A stretch of 64,000 nt of DNA from Eledone cirrhosa. Taxonomy: Eukaryota. The notes beneath the pieces are model-generated. The model worked only from the letters and a program-made list of their open reading frames with translations. It searched no databases and was not told where the DNA came from. Below, one piece after another: positions 61,116-64,000 of the stretch (position 1 is the stretch's first letter; every line of letters begins with the position of its first letter). The stretch is from NCBI GenBank assembly GCA_964016885.1, contig OZ024762.1:20274001-20338000 (forward strand), written 5' to 3'. A program made the translations under genes and the position numbers.

Positions 61116-61679
61116 GATGATGATGATTGTCAACATCATTTTTACATCCGCTTTTCCATGCTTGCATGGGTTGGACGGGATATTTATATCTATACTACTG
61201 TACCTGTGCCATTGATAATTATGGCAAATATGTTTATAATATTTAAATGTATTGAAAATGATAATTAAATAATGTTACAATATTGAAAATTACATTTATT
61301 TTGAAATACAATATTTACTTCATATTGGACAATTTAAGAGAAGGAAAAAAACCCCCGAAAAATCAAAAATACTTTTTCTGTTCAATATTTGGTTTAAGAA
61401 TAAACAAATTGAAAAATTTAACCAATTCCTGAGAAATTATTATGCAATTATGGTGAACAGGCAGAGGCTTTACAGGAACAGTTTAATTTAATATTTCTTT
61501 TATAAATACATTTCTGTTGAGAGTCTACATCTCAAGAATACCTCCTCGGTTGTAATTATTTTCAAATTATTTCTATTTCCAGTTCTACAGAGAACTATGC
61601 AGACAAAGTCTTGCATGATAAAAGGCAAACCTTGAAAAAAAAAAAAAATTAGAAAAATTGTGAGCTTCTATAAGATAAC

Positions 61680-62030
61680 TTTGCCTGCTAGAAATAGTAG
61701 TCAAATCTCACTCAGATTATGCCTTATCTTAAAACAAAAGTATACTTTAGATAATATAGTCCTTGAGATTTATATCTTATCTGATAAATTTCTGAATATA
61801 TAAAGTCTGGTCATCAGATGACTTGGTCTGCTAGAAATAGTAGCCAAATCTCACTCAGATTATGCCTTATCTTAAAAATGAATGTACACTTTAGATAATA
61901 TAGTCCTTGATACACCATCTGACAAGTTTCTTAATATATTAAGTCTGGTCATCAGATTACTTCGCCTGCTAGAAATAGTAGCCAAATCTCACTCAAATTA
62001 TGTCTTAGCTTAAAAACGAAAGTACACATT
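61680..62030. repeat. ~146-bp repeat x2-3 (GCTAGAAATAGTAGCCAAATCTCACTCA...)
   Basis: The motif also occurs singly near 8955 and 9660, so it is a dispersed repeat tandemised locally. Confidence 0.65.
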
Positions 62031-62280
62031 AGATGAGGCATGGGCAACCTTTTTCGAGCAGTGGGCTGCATAGGATGTGGTTTATCATAAGGTGAGCCAC
62101 ACTACTAAAAACTTCAAGACAATATTGAAATTAGGCGTGCCATTCAGAAAGCTAAATGACTGATTTAGATAATATAGTCCTTAACCTTGATACACTATCT
62201 GATAAGCTTCTGAATGTACTAAATCTGGTCATCAGAGCTTTCGGCTCAATGCCACTAAGAGTGAGAAAGCGGTAACTTAA

Positions 62281-62501
62281 CCCTTTAGTATTTACATTAT
62301 TTTATATTTACTATTGTATTTTCACAGTAAAGGCTTTATCTTACATAATTATCTCACGTAAAATCGAATCTATGAGATTTTGATGTTATTTATTTTGAGA
62401 ACAGTACCTTAATGTAGGTGTAAGAAGCCAGTTACAGCCGGTTTGAACAGAAAGAAGTGAGAGAGTTCTGACCGGATACAGCCGGTTTGAATGCTAAAGG
62501 G
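62281..62501. mobile_element. piggyBac-like (TTAA) MITE, complete 221 bp
   Basis: TTAA-CCCTTTAGTATTTA ... TGAATGCTAAAGGG-TTAA. Confidence 0.85.
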
Positions 62502-63234
62502 TTAAGCAAATAGACATTGAACCACAAATTGCTTCTGTATAAAAGACTTCTCTTTTGGTATCTTTTCTTCTACCTCTTGCTCTTATTCAACAAGGCCAGG
62601 GTCATCCTAAGCCAACAATCCGAAAGCATCATCGTGTGTAGAGCCGACCAGGTCCACCATTGGTGGGGGACATGCAGGGGTCAGTTCCGATGTTGGGAAG
62701 CCTCATTTCTCTTAGTCGGTTTTATAACAGGTTGAGAATTCTTCTGGGCGGGTTGTTGACCCTCCACAGAATAGTCAGATAATGGGGCTGCCATCTTGGC
62801 GGCAAGCCAGCACGCTGTTGGTCATAGTTAGTCTGGAACTTCCCCAAGAGATCGGCCCACCTAGGAATGCACTGCCAGGGGCAAAGCTCCAAACGGTAAC
62901 ACACTCTTGGATTTATGGAACACACAAGCCCTTCACCACGACAAGGCCATATATATACTTAGGTAAGGTCTACCTATCTAAGGTTCTTGTTGAGACCTGA
63001 CAGACAGAAGAAGGTCCAGCAATTATCATGTTTACTGTGTAAACCATGAATAACACTAGTTTCTGATTTAAGGCACAATTTAAAAACCTTGAAAAGACAT
63101 TACTGTTGTTTGTACCGTTGTGGCATCATTTGTGTGACGATTATAAAATGTGTGTATTATCAAATATTGCCTCAGGTGTCAGATTGACACTTGACATGAT
63201 TTGGGAGAGAAGCAGAATTCAAAGGAAGTTTCCC

Positions 63235-64000
63235 ATAATAATTGTTTCTACGTTAGGCACAAGGCCAGCAAAATTATCCCAGTGCATTACTGGTACTTTA
63301 TTTTATCGACCCCTGTAAGGATGAAAGGCAAAGTTGACCTCGGCGGGATTTGAACTCAGATTGGCAAGGGCCGTAACTCTATGCATCAAAGCATGGCGCC
63401 CGACCCTCTACCGATTCTGCCAATCCACCGCCCTAGTAGTAATAATAATAATTGTTTCTACGTTAGGCACAAGGCCAGCAATTACCCAGTGCATTACTGG
63501 TACTTTATTTTATCGACCCCTGTAAGGATGAAAGGCAAAGTTGACCTCGGCGGGATTTGAACTCAGATTGGCAAGGGCCGTAACTCTATGCATCAAAGCA
63601 TGGCGCCCGACCCTCTACCGATACTGCCAATCCACCGCCCTAGTAGTAATAATAATAATTGTTTCTACGTTAGGCACAAGGCCAGCAATTACCCAGTGCA
63701 TTACTGGTACTTTATTTTATCGAGCCCTGTAAGGATGAAAGGCAAATTTGACCTCGGCGGGATTTTAACTCAGATTGGCAAGGGCCGTAACTCTATGCAT
63801 CAAAGCATGGCGCCCGACCCTCTACCGATACTGCCAATCCACCGCCCTAGTAGTAATAATAATAATTGTTTCTACGTTAGGCACAAGGCCAGCAATTACC
63901 CAGTGCATTACTGGTACTTTATTTTATCGAGCCCTGTAAGGATGAAAGGCAAATTTGACCTCGGCGGGATTTTAACTCAGATTGGCAAGGGCCGTAACTC
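63235..64000 (-). mobile_element. Head-to-tail tandem array of full-length SINE A (period 204-207 bp, at least 3.7 units, runs off window)
   Basis: Complete units GGGCGGTGGATTGGCAG...GTAGAAACAA(TTA)n joined by CTACTA; artefact ORFs 63334 and 63541 are 207 bp apart. Confidence 0.93.

Noticed and set aside
61780-61960. Minus-strand CTGATGA...GAAAC.TGTC hammerhead-like pattern in the 146-bp repeat
   Set aside because: Stem I does not pair and stem II does not abut the core.
62620-62946. GC-richer stretch ending CACAAGCCCTTCACCACGACAAGG
   Set aside because: It resembles a LINE 5' UTR remnant from memory only; no ORF or termini support a call.

Overview
Repeat-rich animal genomic DNA, most likely a coleoid cephalopod (Octopus-like). 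The taxon is inferred from the SINE/LINE/MITE families and the extreme microsatellite load, not from a search. Two convergent genes can be read. On the + strand are the last two coding exons of an S1-family serine protease (452-597, 1060-1215; ...GKTSCV|GDSGGPL...). On the - strand are ten coding exons of oxygen-dependent coproporphyrinogen III oxidase (CPOX, 44111->8698; 310 aa in frame, all GT-AG, phases consistent); its N-terminal exon(s) were not found. The rest is intronic or intergenic: tRNA-derived SINEs, RTE, CR1 and Tx1-like LINE fragments, a mariner remnant, TTAA- and TA-flanked MITEs, two non-autonomous Helitrons, and many tandem arrays grown out of transposon sub-segments. Almost all long ORFs in the track are repeat artefacts. 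The most unusual signals are (i) mutually unrelated 147-176-bp near-perfect fold-back inverted duplications in CPOX introns, each with one arm abutting a (TA)n tract (candidate snap-back repair scars and long pre-mRNA hairpins), (ii) Penelope-type minimal hammerhead ribozyme motifs, and (iii) recurrent microhomology-seeded tandem amplification of TE pieces, including a head-to-tail array of whole SINEs.
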